Shown here piece by piece: positions 1 to 13,675 of a DNA stretch of 64,000 bases. The first letter of the stretch is position 1. Every line of letters starts with the position of its first letter. Both the position numbers and the translations under genes were made by a program. The notes under the pieces were generated by a model that had not been told where the DNA came from, made no database searches, and saw only the letters and a list, made by a program, of their open reading frames with translations. The DNA is from Moniliella sp. 'wahieum' (lineage: Eukaryota), in NCBI GenBank assembly GCA_003971905.1, contig RSEE01000013.1, positions 310,001-374,000 of the forward strand, read 5' to 3'.

Positions 1-248
1 AAAGTCCAGCGGCAGAAGACGAGAAGGATGCCGGTGAAGAAGCATATTGTGCCTCGGATCTTTTGGCGGCGGGCAAAGAAATAGAAGGTCTTCTGCGGGC
101 CAATAAGGAGCGTGATACCGCCGGTGAAGAGCACATTGCCCAGCGCCAGCAGGGCGGCGTCAAAGAAGAGGAGCACACCCAGCCCAAGGAAAAAAGCGCC
201 AAAGGAAACAAGTCCCACCCCGAGTTTCTGCTGGTCCGACAGCCACAT
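1..248 (-). CDS. GOT1: Got1/Sft2-like ER-Golgi vesicle transport membrane protein (5' part; runs off window)
   Basis: Manual translation from ATG at 248: MWLSDQQKLGVGLVSFGAFFLGLGVLLFFDAALLALGNVLFTGGITLLIGPQKTFYFFARRQKIRGTICFFTGILLVFCRW, which matches the Got1 family pattern. Confidence 0.9.
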   Translation of the reverse strand, partial: MWLSDQQKLGVGLVSFGAFFLGLGVLLFFDAALLALGNVLFTGGITLLIGPQKTFYFFARRQKIRGTICFFTGILLVFCRWT

Positions 249-323
249 GGCGATTCAACACTGCAACAGTCGACGGAGGCGACAGCAGCAAAGATGGCAA
301 TTGTGGGGGCGATGGCAAGGCCG

Positions 324-384
324 ATGGTGATGGCGATTGCAATGGCAATGGCGATGGCGATGGCAATGGCAATGGCAAAGGCAA
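324..384. repeat. (ATGGCR)n hexamer microsatellite upstream of GOT1
   Basis: About 9 imperfect ATGGCA/ATGGCG units. Confidence 0.85.
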
Positions 385-1160
385 CGACAACAAGACCCGC
401 CAGCCCTCTCGCCTTGGCTCGTCGCTCTCGCTGGACGCGCCTCTCACGTGCCCCCCCCCCCACCCGCAGCAGGGAGGCAGTGTGCGCGCTGAAAGCTGGA
501 CAGGCGCCTGGCTCTCACGCTGCCTTCTGTGCCGTTCCTGCAATTTCAACCACCCGCTTGCTCCACCTGGGAAGGAGATGGCGCGGTTTTGTTCGGCCGC
601 AAGCACCAGTTATTGCTAGTTAAATAAAACCAAGACCAGAGGGAGCCCAGTGCACCAAACGAAGCATCCGCTCCAGGTCCTGGCCCAGATACTCTGGATT
701 CCCTTGTATACACCACTCCTTCTTCTCCCCCGTGCGCCGTCTCACACCTCACCGCCTCTCTCGTCCTATCTTCCTTCACACATCCCTCAGCAAGCGCTCC
801 GCTCCCCCCTCCCCCCGGTCTTTTTTTGCTGATAGCACATTGTGTCCACTGACCGCATCCGTCTCTCAGAACCACCACAAACTCTCTGTACTCATCGGCG
901 CACAATTGGGTACCTCAGTAGCGCGCTGTGTGGCCGCAAAGTCAGTCACTTTGCAGACCAACGCAGATGAGTCGATGTGAGCCTCTCTCATCCGCATCAC
1001 CGTTGGAGCTTGGAGGGGATGTTCGATACTAAAGTTTAATCAACCTCTCCTTGTCAGAATGCAAAACAGGATCGCCAGTGTGCCACATATATACACCATC
1101 ACAGGTCACCTCCGCTCTGCCTTCCCTCCCATTATATACTGTGTAGACCACTCACCCTTC

Positions 1161-1568
1161 TGTCATGGGGGGAGTCCTGTCGGAGGAGGGACCCACCCCT
1201 GTAGTTTAGGGATACAAACCCTTTTGGACGGCGGCGGCCAATCGGAGCTACGTACGTTAGGTCCTGCTTCAGATCCTGGTTAAACGTTAAACGTTGAACC
1301 GAACGGGTGTAGAGGAACTTGGGAGCGACCCTCTAGTTCGGGTGGCTGCCTGCGTGCAAAGGCGCAACTCAGGCCTATGTAGAGCCCGCTGTGATATGCG
1401 AAATCAGACGGAGTCCTAATGAAGAGCAAGCGCCACTGAGAATAAATGCGGCTTTTGCAGAGTGGTCGACGTAACTCCTAAAATCGTGAGAGTGGTACAA
1501 GGTGGAAGGGCGAGAGAGGAGTGGAAAGAGAGGAATGGAAAGAGAGGAATGGGGGTTGCTTATGTACA
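1161..1568 (-). mobile_element. LTR remnant (related to 47939-48450 and 56163-57010)
   Basis: Reverse complement ends CCCCATGACA and shares blocks with 48060-48450 (GCCTTTGCACGCAGGCAGCCACCC, GATCTGAAGCAGGACCTAACGTACGTA, CTTGCTCTTC.TTAGGACTC). The far boundary is uncertain and no TSD was found. Confidence 0.7.
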
Positions 1569-2544
1569 GAAGGAACCGGGCTTCAAAACTGCGTCGCTTC
1601 GGGACATGTATATAAACAGAATGTGGGGAACTTTCAAGAGAGGTAAAGACCAATACGCTTCCTGTGCTCTCCAAGGCACTGACGCTGCGCCATCGGGCGC
1701 AGCAGATAATAACGGGTTCTGCCAAGCATGGGTGCGACGAGCACAAAGAGTGGTACGGTGAGGGTCCATGCCACGCTGGAGTGCCGCGGATGATATCCGC
1801 ACAGCATGAATAAGGGGTCCGCTGGCTCTCTCTCACTGGTCTAACGATACTGACGCGTTTTTTAGATGAGATGTCTATACGACTTGCAGGGCTCACTGCC
1901 CCGGAGATAACCGGAGGAGCGCGCAGTAATACTATCCTCCCTTTGGCAACACCGCCATCCGCACTCATCCTACCACCCATAATGCAGCGCGTGTCGCACC
2001 GCCGGGCACCGCCCTGGCCGAAGCGAATGGCAGTCTTCGTTTCGAGGTGGATTTGGACCCAACACTTTTGGCTTCCTTCTTTTTTCCCCTTTGTCGACCA
2101 GACAGATTGCCCGCAAAAGGGAGGTGAAAAATGCACGGGAATAAGTAGTAGTGTCAAAAAATATGATATTTTGCACAAGAACACAACCTGCAGATACGCA
2201 TGCCCGCTATACATTCACGCTCTTGTTGAGCCTCCGGCAAATAATGGTAGAGAGATATAACCCTTATGTATAGATTCACGATGCACAGCAAAGGGTGAAT
2301 AGGTGAAGGGTAAAGAAGAAAGAAAAAAGCTGGAATAAGAGAGTATACCGGGAAGCTCAGGGGGTAACCAAAATATTGGGCCTTCCGTCGGTAGCAAGGT
2401 AGGGGGCATCAAGCCGCGAGAAGGGGGAGGTGGGGGGGAAGAGGCCATCAAGGCAGCAAAACTACAAATAAGTGTCAAGGTAAAGGTCTTGACCAGAAAT
2501 GAAGCGAAAGGCACAGGCAGCGCTCTCGACCGGCGAGAAGCAGA

Positions 2545-3771
2545 TTACTGCGTATTAGCGTGGGCGTTTTGAGCCATGCGGTCAAAAACGGAATAGATAT
2601 TCTTGACCCGGTTCGCGTTGAACTTGGCCTCGGAGGCGGAGACTGAGGATGCGCTGGCGACCGAAAGGCGGGATGCTTGGACGGCGGCATGAGAAACGGA
2701 TGCCAAGGAGGCTTGCACCGACTCTTTGGACACAGAGACGCGCGAGGCGCTAGCTTTGCTGGCCTCGCTGGCAGAAAGTACAGAATGCATCGAGTGAACA
2801 GAGACGATCGACTTGGCACGCGAGACGGAGAGACGACTGGCACGCAAGACGGAAGCAACCGAGGCTGACGAGGCTCGTGCGGCGGCGGCCGAAGCAGAAG
2901 CAGCAGCGGCTGAGCGGGAGGAAGCGAGACTGGCCTCATGCGCGCTCTTCTGTGCTGCCAGACTCTTGTTGGGCAGGGTGGGGCCACATGGGCTGGTGTA
3001 CCATCAGTGAACGACCAGATAGGGTGGATGATGCCAACAGAGTGAGGAGCCAGTTGCCCAAACAGGTCATACGTCAGGTCAATGTCGCACTGTTTTTCTC
3101 GCGTGTGTCAGCATCATCTGAGGATTGGTGTATATAGCAGCAGAAGAGACACATTCGCTCTACTGGCAGAGAGGGAGGCTGAGGAGGAAGAAGGAAACTC
3201 ACAACATTCTGACACGTCGACGTTGAGGGGTCGGGGGGAAGGTGTCCAAAAGCTGTGCGGTAGAGGTGGTGCCGTCAGGGGCGGGTGATACGAATTTCTT
3301 TGTGGCACAGCTCGCTTGGGCCCAGCCCTTTGGCCGCAAAGTAGTCCCAGCCTGGCTGGGAGAGGGCAATGGCAGGCTGCATGCAAGTGAGGGTGAGTAG
3401 TGTGAAGCGTGCCACCAGCAAGTGAAAGGCTAGCTGCCTGGCATAAACATCCAGCGGAAGAGGAGTGGGGGGGAGAGAGGACGCACGGTATTGTCGCTCA
3501 AATGAGTTCCACTGCAACTCCCGAGGCTCCCGCCTTCGGTGGCGGGATGGTACCACGTCGCCTCGCCCTGCCCGCGCCCAGCAAGACGCGGGGCAGTAGT
3601 GTTGAGCAAGTAGGCGTGGCGTTGGTTCGATGGCGCTGGCGCGCTGGGCGCAAGGGTGCGAGCAAGGTGGTGGTGAGGATGGGGCGCGGGGTGGGCAGCG
3701 TGGACGGTGGGGGCCACCGGGGCCCCCACGGCCAGGAGGGCGAGGAGGGAGACAAAGAGCGTGGAGCGCAT
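2545..3771 (-). CDS. Secreted RlpA-like/DPBB (loosenin/expansin-like) protein with Ser/Ala-rich C-terminal tail
   Basis: Signal peptide MRSTLFVSLLALLAVG; GEATWYHP..GSLGSC; PAIALS; LCHKEIRIT; DIDLTYDLFGQLAPHSVGIIHPIWSF. Introns at 3377-3486 and 3090-3202. Single-base indels are needed to join the frames. Confidence 0.75.
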
Positions 3772-4340
3772 GGCGGGTATCAAGAAGCAGAAGGAGTGTG
3801 GGGAGACGGTGGAGGAGGCGAGCGCACAAGGGGGCGCATGCAACGCACATCCGATGGGCAGAGGCAATATAACCGGCACCCGGCAGCTGCCAGCCAGCCA
3901 TGCTCGACCACGCGCCGCAGGGATTGGCTTCCATGCACCACACCAGTCTCCCCGCATTGGGGCAAGGCGCGAGTGGTAGAGGAGTGCGCATCCATACAGC
4001 GTGCCTGTGCGTGCCGTGCGGACGGCTGGGGCACACAAGAGTCCCCGCCTGCCCCGCCGCAGCGCGCAGGCGCCCATCCGCCCCCTGTGCTCGCATAGGC
4101 GCCGTTCTGGCAGGCCAAGCCTCAGGCCTGAGCCTCAGGCCTCCTCGTCTCGGCCAGCCACCCGGCCATTGCATCACTCCTACACGTCTCCCCCATGCCC
4201 TTCAACCCCCCCCGCCTGCTCGGCATGTACGTCATGTATCGCGGGGGTGGCCGCGCGAATCATCCAGACAGCTCGCCGCGCGCCACACCAGGCCACAGCG
4301 CAGATTCCGCAGCCATCAGGCACCGGCATGCTCATTCAGG

Positions 4341-4380
4341 TTGAGTTCAACGTTCAACGTTCAACTTGAACGTTCAACTC
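4341..4380. repeat. (GTTSAAC)n heptamer array
   Basis: gttcaacgttcaacgttcaacttgaacgttcaac. Confidence 0.9.
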
Positions 4381-5398
4381 AGGTCGCTGGGGAAAGACTG
4401 CACGTGATCACCACGTATGACGCGTGGCGCTCGAATCCCAACCTCAGGTTGCGGTCACCGGCCACCGGCCACCGGCCACAGGTCCTGATCAGCCTGACCG
4501 GCCTGACCCAAAGAGCATAGCTGCCGTATTCGTTGATCCATCGGTTGCGGCCGCCGAAGTCTCTCGTCGGCACGCGACTACACCGAGGAGAGCACAGCCG
4601 GACACAAATTTGAATGGCGCCTGCCACCCTCAGGGACTCACGGTCTTTTGAACCGGTCCCCAAACAGTACTACCCCTACCCTCAGGTTCCAACATAATAT
4701 ACATCAAGTGGATGCTCAAGAGGAGTGGTTAACGTGAGAGAAGCGTGCACGAGAGTCCGGGAGAGAAAAGGCCAAGTGGGGGGCAGGCCAGTTCAGCGCC
4801 TCCACCACCAAAGAATGACCTGAAGAAGGGCAAGTTAGTCGGCGCTGCAAGCTATAAAAAAGAGGCAAGGGACATACGAAGATCCAAATGACCAAAAAGA
4901 GGAAGATCATGTTAACCACCAGCCCTTTTGGCGGCGGGCCATCCGGGTCATCCTGCCAAAGTTGGTCGATAGGGACGCTGTGGCACCCGAAAAAAGGTCG
5001 GTCTACAGCCCGGGAAGGGACAAGAAGAAAGGGTTAGCAAACTGGTTTCCACCAAGTCGGTCGCGCTAAACAACAAGAAGACGCACCAAAGAGCTCAAGT
5101 CGGTGTTCCCCTCGCGCACTTCGGATCCAATACCGGACGTAATATCGCGCAAAAGCTTGACTCGCGCACTCAGGCCCTCGATTCGAGCATCGTTGCCCTC
5201 TTCCAAATCTTCGGCGGTGCGTTGTTGGGCATAAGAGCCCCAAGTTCCCCTGGCGGTAGAGGCCCCAGCATGGGGGAGGCAGAGGAGGAAGCAGCACCAT
5301 ACGGTGCAGACGAGGACGACGCGCCGGCATAGGGTGACGAAGTGGTCGCGGCATTACCATAGGGGGCGCCATAGCCCGCCCGGCCATACCCGTAATTG

Positions 5399-5453
5399 CC
5401 ATACCCATACCCATACCCGTATCCAGCGTACGACGGAGACGGAGACGGAGACG
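5399..5453. repeat. (CCCATA)n and (GACGGA)n hexamer repeats
   Basis: Seen directly; would encode PYPYPY and DGDGDG in an unverified ORF. Confidence 0.7.
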
Positions 5454-7619
5454 GGGCGGCGCCATACTCAGCAGCAAGCGCATCCTGCTCGGCTCCGGGC
5501 GGCAGCGCGGCGCGACATGGCCTGGCTCCTCACCGGACAAAAGGCAAAGGAGACCTCGAGAGCAAGGCCAAGGTGGTAGCGCGTGGAATGTGGAGCCCTC
5601 GCGGATTTCCGCATCGTCCCGCCTCCAGGCCAGGGTGGCTTAGGGCAAGGAGACGCTCTTCGTACGTTACCTAAGCCATACCCCAGACGTGGAGAGTAGC
5701 AATGATGCATGATAATCAATGACGTTTGGCGTGATGCGTGACGAGTGACGTGGCGCTAGCTCCAATGAAATTGCCCGATGACACCATCGCAACCACGGGC
5801 AACCAACCATCCAAGGCATTCGGCTTGGTTGAACTCAACGGGCTGCTTCTTCTCCTTGCCCCCATTCTCGATCGCCGCTGCCATGAGCTCGCTCTCGCCC
5901 CCTACATCGGTCCCCGACCTAGTGCAGGCGTACCTATCCCTCCCCGCTCCAAAACATTTGGGGTGACCACTGCCGAGGGCGAGGAAGGGAAGCGGACAAC
6001 GCCTACGTGGTGGGGGTGCACTCGTCACCATCGACCACGTCGTTACCCAGGCCCTCTGGATCTTCCACCCCCTCACCTCGATGGCGCACATTGAGGCGCT
6101 CCCCTCACCCGAAACTACGCCGGGGGAAGACTCGGACTTGGCCTCGGACAATCTGTATGAGTGGGGCGCGATCCAGCTTTCCCCCGAGGAGATGGGGCAG
6201 CTGGTGCCGTCGGTTGCGGTTGCACTGCTAAAGGCGTTTGTGGGGGGGTTCAACCCGCAAATGGGGTAAGGATGCCCCGCCCGCGTCCGAACAGGGCGTC
6301 CGAGCTCCCCATGCCCTGAACTTTGAAGGGTCCCAGGCTCACAGCCTGGCACCTTCGTCCGCGCGTTCTGGCAGCAGCACGCAGGCATCCCTGAAGACGT
6401 CATTCCGATCCAGTCGCAGCCGGCGGAGGAGGCCAATGAGGTCTTGGCTACCACGGCCTGGAGGCAATTTGTCCTGGCTATGCACGCAGCACCGCAGGGT
6501 GCGGGGCCAAGCACTCATGAGTACTGATCCATGGATCAGGGGACGAACGCGTTCTAATGCACTGGTATACCCTTCCGTTCCAGTATAAACTCTCCGTAAA
6601 TTGCATTGTTGGTCCGTGTTTTTGAGTGATGCCGCTTGCCGTCACCATTCTCAACTTCACTGAAGGCGACGGCAGTCAGAATTGACTTCTTCGTTAAGAC
6701 AGCAAAACCGAGCCGCTCTAATAACGGATTCCAGCCGGCTGTCCATTCTACGCGTCCATGCATCATGCATCATGGGCCGTTTGGAAATCACATTGACGTC
6801 GTGTGTTGGCCTCAATTGGTAGGTGGGCACTTCTTTAAGTTGGGTCCCCCTCCTGTCTCTTGTGGGTGCCGTTCCCTTCTGAGGTGTCTAGTGACTGCTT
6901 TGAGGCCCTCAGGTGTGACCTCTCACACCTCACATGCTCACATCAGTCTTTTTGCTTGTGCGAAAAATCGGGAGACTGTGTTCCGCAGTTGAGTACGTTG
7001 AGTATACTTGCATGGATCCTTCGCTCACAGCGCTCAGCGCTCGCGCTCATCGCCACTAACCCAGGGTCTAGCACCAGAGACCAGGCCATACCCCGCTTGT
7101 CGCGTTAAACGTTAAGAACACAACGGGATGATGCATGATGCACATGATGGCCGGAACTCTATCCCATTCAGAGGTATCCGGAAGCTCCAGAAGGATGGTC
7201 GATGGAGCTGCATTGGCAACCCTCCCACCAGTGACGTCACCTTGTCACTTGACCAATCCTTGAAGAAGAAGAGGCTTCGACACTTCTCCTTAATTGAGGC
7301 TTGGAAGTTGGTTGAGGCCGTTGAGGCCTGAGGGTACGTTGTGGCCTGAGGTGTAGCGAGATTCTGATTCACCCTCCGGCTAGGGAGCCGCAATGGATGC
7401 TGAAGCTCTGAAGGCGCGCTGAAGCGTATAAGACAGTGGCATAGGCGATCGATTGCGGGCGAGAGATACGCGTTGGTGGTAGGAAGCACACAGGACGAGA
7501 GCTACAGGAGAAGGCTACTAGCCCCTGACTTAATACGTGGCTACGCGCGCACCACCAGTCTTCAGAGCCAGCGGAGCCTCGGGCGAGTGAGACCGGAAGT
7601 TGCTCCACGACCAGTGAAG

Positions 7620-7852
7620 TCAGTCACTAGTCACTAGTCACTGTCGCAACACCTGACCCCGTCGGCCTGACCACGGGGACCAGCTAGGCCACGAATCCTC
7701 ACGCTCAGGAGCCTCACCTTCTCAGGCGTCTCTGTTTGGTGGTCCCAGCCCTGTCGCGCGATCAACGTTCAACGTTCAACGTTGAACGTTCATCGTTCAA
7801 CGCGATATGTTGGCCAGGTTGAGATCGCTTTGAACTTGAAGCTTGAAGCTTG
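7620..7852. repeat. Cluster of heptamer arrays: AGTCACT, GTTSAAC, CTTGAAG
   Basis: 7620-7643 tcagtcactagtcactagtcactg; 7762-7800 tcaacgttcaacgttcaacgttgaacgttc; 7831-7852 tgaacttgaagcttgaagcttg. Confidence 0.9.
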
Positions 7853-8439
7853 CCCCTTTTGAACGAGAACCGTCTGGCAAAGGGCCATAGAAGGTTACGG
7901 ATAGTGTGTTGTGCGCCAAGCCGTTGCCGGTGGGGTCCCCGACATCCAGAGACATGGAGCAGAAATGACTAAAATAGTAAGAAACGACAGTAGAGCCTAT
8001 CACATAGCCAGTAACTTCCCGCTCATCGATATCCCCGACTCCGTCAATTGCGGGGGGGCTTCAATCGGGCAACTTCGGGCAGTTACTTTTACCATTTGAT
8101 GTGCGCCACATATTTGCATCGCCCAGACACTGCACCGCCCTACTCGCGCTTGTACGTACTAAGCCTTTGCTGGTTTCTCTATATACCCCCCAAACAGCAC
8201 CAGCCAATCATCCTCTCCGCCCCCTTTTTACACCTTCGCCGACACCCATACCCATACCTCTAGCTATATACCCACCATCATCCGCTCCCACTTCTTTTCC
8301 TTTGGCGCGTCCACACGTGCAACACACCTTTTGAGTACCAGTCTTCAGTTTTGCTCGTAATATAACCCTCTACCCGCCCCCCCATCATCACCACATCGCT
8401 CCCAGCTTTTGCCCATACTACATTTTGTTCCCCCACGCC

Positions 8440-9513
8440 ATGACCACCAGCACCCCTACTGAGAGGAAACGCCCGGAACAACTCTCCCCAAGGCCCGGCG
8501 CCTCTCCAATGCTGTCTTAACCAAGATCGGGATCCATGCTCCTATCTCCGCAAGCACGTGCGACCCAGCAGACCATCTCCCCTCCATCTCGCCGCCACTC
8601 CCCCCTAGAGTATTTATCCCTCTCAGGAGGACCCGATCAACCCATTCAACGTCCTTCATTTGGACGATGCAGATCTAGCCCATCCGACAGAAGATGGCGC
8701 TCTTCGCCGCTTATCCACGCGCGAGATCGACCCCCTCATTTCCCTTGACACCGTTGTGAGCAACCAAGGGTCAGTCGAAACTGCTGTTGCATCGCCCACC
8801 ACTCGCCAAGACGAGACTCGCCCTAGATCGCCTACTTCAGCCACCTTACCCACTTCGCCCAAGCTCCATCCTGGTCTTACCCACTTGCTTGATAGCGGCG
8901 ATGTGTTACAAGACCATGTTCTGCGAACTGCATCATGGTTTGTTCACCCTTCCGTCCCTGGGAGAAGCAAAAGCCCCGCTCAGCAACTGTCTCCCGATGG
9001 GGAACCGAATCATACTTGCCAAGCACGGCCTCCTTGGGCCGCCTCTCCCGAGCAGATTACCAAGTGGCATGCCTCTAACGAAGGGCGCAACCACGCTGAA
9101 GCGCTCGCTTTCCGAATGCAGAAGGAGCGGGCCGAAAAGAAACAAGAACCTCGCCCCCGCTCCCATACTCTCGCCGTTGGCACCTTCACGCGTAATGCCT
9201 CCCTCACACACAAGAAGAAGCTCTACTTGATCTCACCGATCAACCCGTCCGTGCCTTCTCGATGGAAGCAGATCAGCCACAGCCTGAGAAGAACCCATTC
9301 TTGGCCGGCTTGCGGCGGGCGTCCCTCGATGTTCTTCATTTCGCACGGTCATCATCCGTAACCGAGGACAATTCCACCAAGGCCTCAACTGAGCGCTCCA
9401 CGGTGGCCTCGACTGCACACCTGTTTTGGAGCAGGAGAGGGAGAACCCTTAGGCCGCAGAGGCTGCGGTCGTCGCCCCCGCGGCGGAGTCTGATCGTTCG
9501 GTGCCCTCGTTGA
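8440..9513 (+). CDS. Hypothetical Ser/Pro/Arg-rich protein (frameshifted in this sequence)
   Basis: ATG in gccATG context after a pyrimidine-rich leader with TATA-like motifs; overlapping ORFs 8660-9361 and 9262-9513; no recognisable domain. Confidence 0.45.
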
Positions 9514-10089
9514 CGCTTCTTCACATCAGGTGTAACCGAATGTGTTACCCGGGCATATATGTCAGGGCAATGATTTGTACACTGATGGGTCGGTGCGCGC
9601 TTTTGGTTCGCTTCCTGCTATGGATGATGAAAAACACATTCGAGAGTGTCCTTTTTTGCGTTCTCCACAGATCTATCGAATGGGGCAACGCAGGAACGAC
9701 ACGCCATACAAGAATCTGGTCCAGAGTAGAGCCAAAACGACGGAATGTGCGCTCACCCGAGAAGTACAGTCTATAGTTGTGCACACCTCGTGCGGATCAT
9801 CGACAGCCTCGTAGGAAGAGATGGGGTATTTGCACTTGGGCGCCCGCCTGTTGGGCGAACCTTGGCGCCAGCAACTGGCCTCACCGATGAGGCCGGTGAG
9901 GGCTAAGCGAAATTCCACCGCAGCTGCGTTCCCAGCATAGCTGCACGGCGGCACGGGCCAGTGAGCCACCACAGTCGCTGCGCTTCGTTCCACGGCGCTT
10001 TGAAATTTGAGCTCGCCCGTGCCCGCCGTTCGCCCACCACATCCAGCCACCGCCGCATCCAAACCACATCTACATCCCCTCCCCTCGCC

Positions 10090-12188
10090 ATGCCCGATGA
10101 CACGACGCCTGCCGCGGCCGGGGGCACGCTGGTGTGTCGTGGACCATGCGCGCAACCTTCCCAACAAGCGCAGCATTGGCAAGCAGGACCCCTACTGCGT
10201 CCTCCGCCTCGCCCGCGAAGAGCGCCGCACCGAGACGGTCAAGCGTGGCGGCCAACACCCACGCTGGGACGCTCAGCTCCACTTTGCCATCCTCCCCAGC
10301 TCCCAGAATTCCGGGCCAGTCGATCCCATTCTCCTTTCGGTCTACGCTGATGACGCACGCGACCCCGAGCTCATCGGCCAGGGCACGCTCCCCCTAACGG
10401 ACGCCCTCACCAAGGGGGAATTTGATACCTGGGTCACCCTCCATGCCCACGACAAACACGCAGGAAAGGACCGCTATGCCGGTGAGGTTTACGTCGAACT
10501 TACTTTTTACTCGTCGCGTGCACCACCTCCCAAGAAGAAGAAGCCCAAGCCCAAGCAACGGCCCGTGCCGGTGCCCTCACCCTCACCCGTTCCTGGCCCG
10601 GGAACGAGCCCAGGACACATTTCCGTCTCTGCGCACTCGCATCACCGTGACTCGTCCCTGCCGCCTCCGCCACAGCATCCATACCGCAACCGGTCCCCAG
10701 CCGCACAACTCTTCGCCGGCACCCAGCTATGCGACGCCCCGCACTCGCCCTCCCCACCTGCCCGGTGAGCAAGAGCATCTCGGTGCGCCGCGTCCGGGCG
10801 GGCGCCCCCAATCATGGGTTGAAGGCAGAACCTACGCTAATACCACCACCCCTGCCAATGGTAATGGCCGTCCCGTGTCGGCGTACGACCCTGCCGGCCC
10901 GTTGGGCGACTTTGGCCTGAGCCAGATGCATATCGCCCCTTCCACTGTTACGGGGGCGTCGATGCATGGCCAGGGATCTATCTCCAGTGGCACCCCGGCC
11001 CCGCATCCTCCTGCAGAGCTTCCTTCGGCCCTTCGACCCTCGGCAGCAATGCGCCCAGGCCACGCTCCCTCGCACTCTCTTAATGCTATCCCCGTGACGG
11101 CCCCCCAGCCGGCCCCGCAGGGGCCTTACTACGCTGTGCCCCCCCCGCCCGCGCAAGAGCCCCCCGTGCAGCCTGCCCAAGTTTACCAGGCTCCGCCACT
11201 ACCACCGCCACCGCAGGCGCCAGAGTATTACGCTCCGCCTCCCCCGGTGAGTCAGGAGTACTACCCGCCTCCCGTGGCGTACTACCCGGATCAATCTCTC
11301 TCGGCCTCCTTTCACCCAGACCAGTCGCTCTCGGGGTACTATCCCGGGTACTACGGCGCTGCAGCGCCAGCGCCTGTTCCAGCGCCTCCGGTTGCTCCTG
11401 CGCCAGCCCGGCTGCGGCTCAGGGCCCTGACACGTCCTACAATCTCTCATACTCATACCAGTCCTACCCCAGTTATGTCTCGGCGCCTCCGCCGGAGGAG
11501 TATGCTATGGCCCCATGTGCCCCCGCCCCCCCTGCTCTGCCCCCTCCGCCGCAACTGCCGCCTCAACCGCAGCCACACCCAGCCCAGACTCCCGCCCCCG
11601 CTCCGACGCAGCTCCGCCACCTCCTACGGCGCAGGCGGCACAACAGTACGCCGCTACCCGCAGCGTCCACACGACGTTACGAGCCTTTACAACTCCATTG
11701 CCAATGCATCTGCCGCACCGGCACCGGCGCCGGCGCCGGCGCCCGCTCCCGCTCCCGCCCAGGTCCTTCCGCCGCCCGGGGCACCTTATTACCCAGGCCC
11801 GCTTCCCGCTCCTCCGCTGGCCCCCGCACGTACTTCTACCCCCTAATGGGTAGAGAGGCCTACCCCCCGTCGCCTGTTCCCTATACTGGCTCCAGCCACT
11901 CTCACACCTCTCACCACGGTCCTTCCTCCTACCATGCCTCCCCGGCTTCCGTTCATACGTCTGCCACTCCGCTGCCTGCCTTGCCGGCCTTGCCGGCTCC
12001 CAGTGCAGCCGCAGCCGTCCGTGTCGCCGCAGCCGCCGATGCCGGGGCAGTACTATTACCCGCCGCCGACGGGATATGCCCCGCCCCCTCCTGCCCCGAC
12101 GCCGTCGGGGACAGCCGCCCGCTGCCCCCTCCCCCCCCCTCCAGCCCAGGCCGGGTACTATTACCCGCCCCCTGCTGCGGCGCAGTAA
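10090..12188 (+). CDS. C2-domain cytokinesis/ingression protein, Fic1/Inn1-like, with long Pro/Tyr-rich tail
   Basis: GTLVCVVDHARNLPNKRSIGKQDPYCVLRL...TETVKRGGQHPRWD...YAGEVYVELTFYS followed by a PxxP-rich tail; several indels; 3' end approximate. Confidence 0.8.
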
Positions 12189-12877
12189 CAGTCAACAACA
12201 AATGTTCACCCTTGCCCCCTCTTCTCCCCTATCCATTCGCCCTCCCTCGGCTCTTGCACCTTTTGTTTTGCCCCTCTTTGTTCGTTTGCGCCACACCGCG
12301 CAGGTGGAAACTGATCTGGACCCCCTTTTGCGTGCTGTGGCAGATGACGTAGGGACAGAGGTAGAATGCGTGGATTAGACTGGGCACGGCTGGCTTGGCT
12401 CCCCTTTAGCATGCCATATTGTCCACCTAGCCTCAGTGGAACAGAAATGCCTGTTGGCGATGAAGTCAGCACTTGTCGTGCATTGCCCGAGCTTTCCCGC
12501 TGTTCAGGTGACTTGGGGAGACGAAGGCGCAGGGTCAGTCCCCAATAGCATTGCTTGAGAGGTCTACGTCGGCAATCCGGAATCAACCGGCAGGGGCTAT
12601 GGCAGGGCCGTTCCCACGCCCCAACGGCTGTGGCTGCTGCGGCGGCTGCGACGAGTAAGAGCATCCGCACATTCCCTTCTTGTGACAATCCATCGAGCAC
12701 GCCCGCATCCTCAACATAGACTGGCAGGAAGCAACTATCTAAAAACTATCAAGCGCAGAACTGGAGGCAATGGTTAAACAACCTAAAAGGGCATCATGAT
12801 TGCGTCAACTCGGGAAGAGGGGTAAATGGGTTGCGCAACAATCAGTGGAGAGGAAGAAAAAGGGAGAAGTAACAAAG

Positions 12878-13675
<798 letters not shown>

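Noticed and set aside
1052..3214. 10-bp inverted match TGTCAGAATG / CATTCTGACA as element termini
   Set aside because: The right copy lies inside an exon of the DPBB gene and there is no TSD; probably chance.
4880..6560. Possible genes or pseudogenes on the + strand
   Set aside because: Protein-like fragments are broken by stops and have no recognisable domain; I cannot support a call.
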